Source: Podarcis erhardii (taxonomy: Eukaryota). From it: 64,000 bases of DNA. Under the pieces are notes generated by a model. The model saw only the letters and a list, made by a program, of their open reading frames with translations. It ran no database searches and had not been told where the DNA came from. The translations under genes were made by a program, and so were the position numbers. Of the stretch, positions 62,650 through 64,000 are shown piece after piece. The stretch lies in the NCBI GenBank assembly GCA_964252035.1, contig OZ176202.1, one strand, 5' to 3'. Every line of letters starts with the position of its first letter. Position 1 is the stretch's first letter.

Positions 62650-64000
62650 CTATTAGAAGAAGAAAAACAACCACCAAAGAAAGTGTGCATTAAGTTTGCT
62701 TCCAGAACAAATACGATCAAGCAACATAAAGGGGGGGGGGAATCAAAATGCAATGTGAGCATTACAATGCTGCTTTAAGAAAGTTAGAGAGCTTTTTTTT
62801 AATCAGCTAAGAAGGCAATAAATACATTATATTCTGCTGTAACAATATTCTATCCAGCTGCTGGTTGGTTAATGGAAGATTCAGCAACATAACCTGCTGT
62901 GACTGGGTACAGTCTCTCTACACATTTACTTCGTGAGACCCAACAAATGCCTCAATATGTACTGAGGTTACAAGTGGCAGAAGGAACAGCAGGTTGCACG
63001 GTCATGCTTGTCGTACGGCTAATACGAATGTACAGTGTTTAAATAGTCAGAATACATCAAGACTGAAGAGATCTTGTACTTTTCCAAGTTTATTTTCTTG
63101 GGTGGGGGTGACTTGACAGAATGTTTGTCAGTTGTAGCCATCAGATCAGATTTAATAAGATTAGTATTGGAGACTGCAGCAAAAGAGTTTAGCATGTTGC
63201 CAGATTAAGTGACTTCGCAGTATAGTTTCTAATGGTAATTTTAAAGAGTTGTTTAAACCTGCAGTAGAACCATGCAATTATATGAACATTTTTAAGTATA
63301 AAAAGCTCTACAGACACCCTTTGAAGACCCTTCAGAATTCCAGACTTTACAAGGGTAAACTGTGATACCAAAATGGTGTTTTGAAGAGGACAGTAGCTGC
63401 TGTTTTCAGATAGCAGTCAAGAAGCCTGGTGCATAAAGTGACTTAATTACAATGCCAAATAATTTTTCAGGACATATGATCATCTCTGATACTGACTATA
63501 TTTAACAGCAGGGCGCATAAAAGCAGGCAATAATAAAAAGGAGAGAAAGAACTAGAATTGATTACTCTGGAGAAGGATGAGGTTCAGGGAAATCAAGGAA
63601 GACAGCATGAATAGTCTGAAGGAATTTAAAGTGTCACTCCTGCTTAGGCTCAACAATCCTGACGGCCGTCCACAGGGAAGACGACGGCATAAGTAATGAC
63701 AGGTTCTTGTCTTAAGGGGCCCTCTCAGTAAAATATTGCTTATAGCAGCAATCCAGTAGTGGTATCTTATGTAAGTAATATTGAAGGGAAAACAGCCTCT
63801 GGGAGAGCTCTATCATGGAGATGCCAGCCCTTGCAATTTTCCATAGATGGTGTTGTCAGCTTCTGAAGAGTGTTTGTAACAACAAATTGTTTCTTTTACA
63901 GGACATGAACAAAGCACTACTTCTCTATCCCAAGGCAGGGCTGCTAACATTAGGCTCTGCAAGATAAATGGGCCTATAAAGTTCTCTGAAAGAGAAGAGT

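Overview
Vertebrate genomic DNA from a squamate reptile (Sauria SINEs and Bov-B present; a lacertid lizard is my guess). It holds the 3' end of USH2A/usherin on + (exons equivalent to human 62-72, plus a 72-nt inner-ear-type cassette exon missing from the ORF track) and, tail-to-tail, the 3' half of KCTD3 on - (exons equivalent to human 10-18). Splice sites and reading phase were checked by hand. The introns are rich in transposons: Tc1/mariner-type and hAT MITEs, SINEs, Bov-B, L2, L1, CR1 and Penelope fragments, and a solo LTR. The main feature is a very young, full-length Ty3/Gypsy chromovirus of the Tf1/sushi type (24874-30453; 599-bp LTRs identical by eye; GCCTC TSD), nested in a MITE within USH2A intron 64. 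It has four unusual traits. (1) Its single gag-pol frame runs past the integrase chromodomain through the PPT and all of U3, adding a 117-aa tail that contains an HMGN-like RRSARL motif. (2) It has no tRNA PBS; instead a 10-nt match to its own predicted RNA 5' end suggests self-priming. (3) It keeps a PEG10-type GGGAAAC slippery site and the old gag stop, but gag is already in the pol frame. (4) It has one in-frame TGA. No database searches or alignments were run; family names and human comparisons are from recall.
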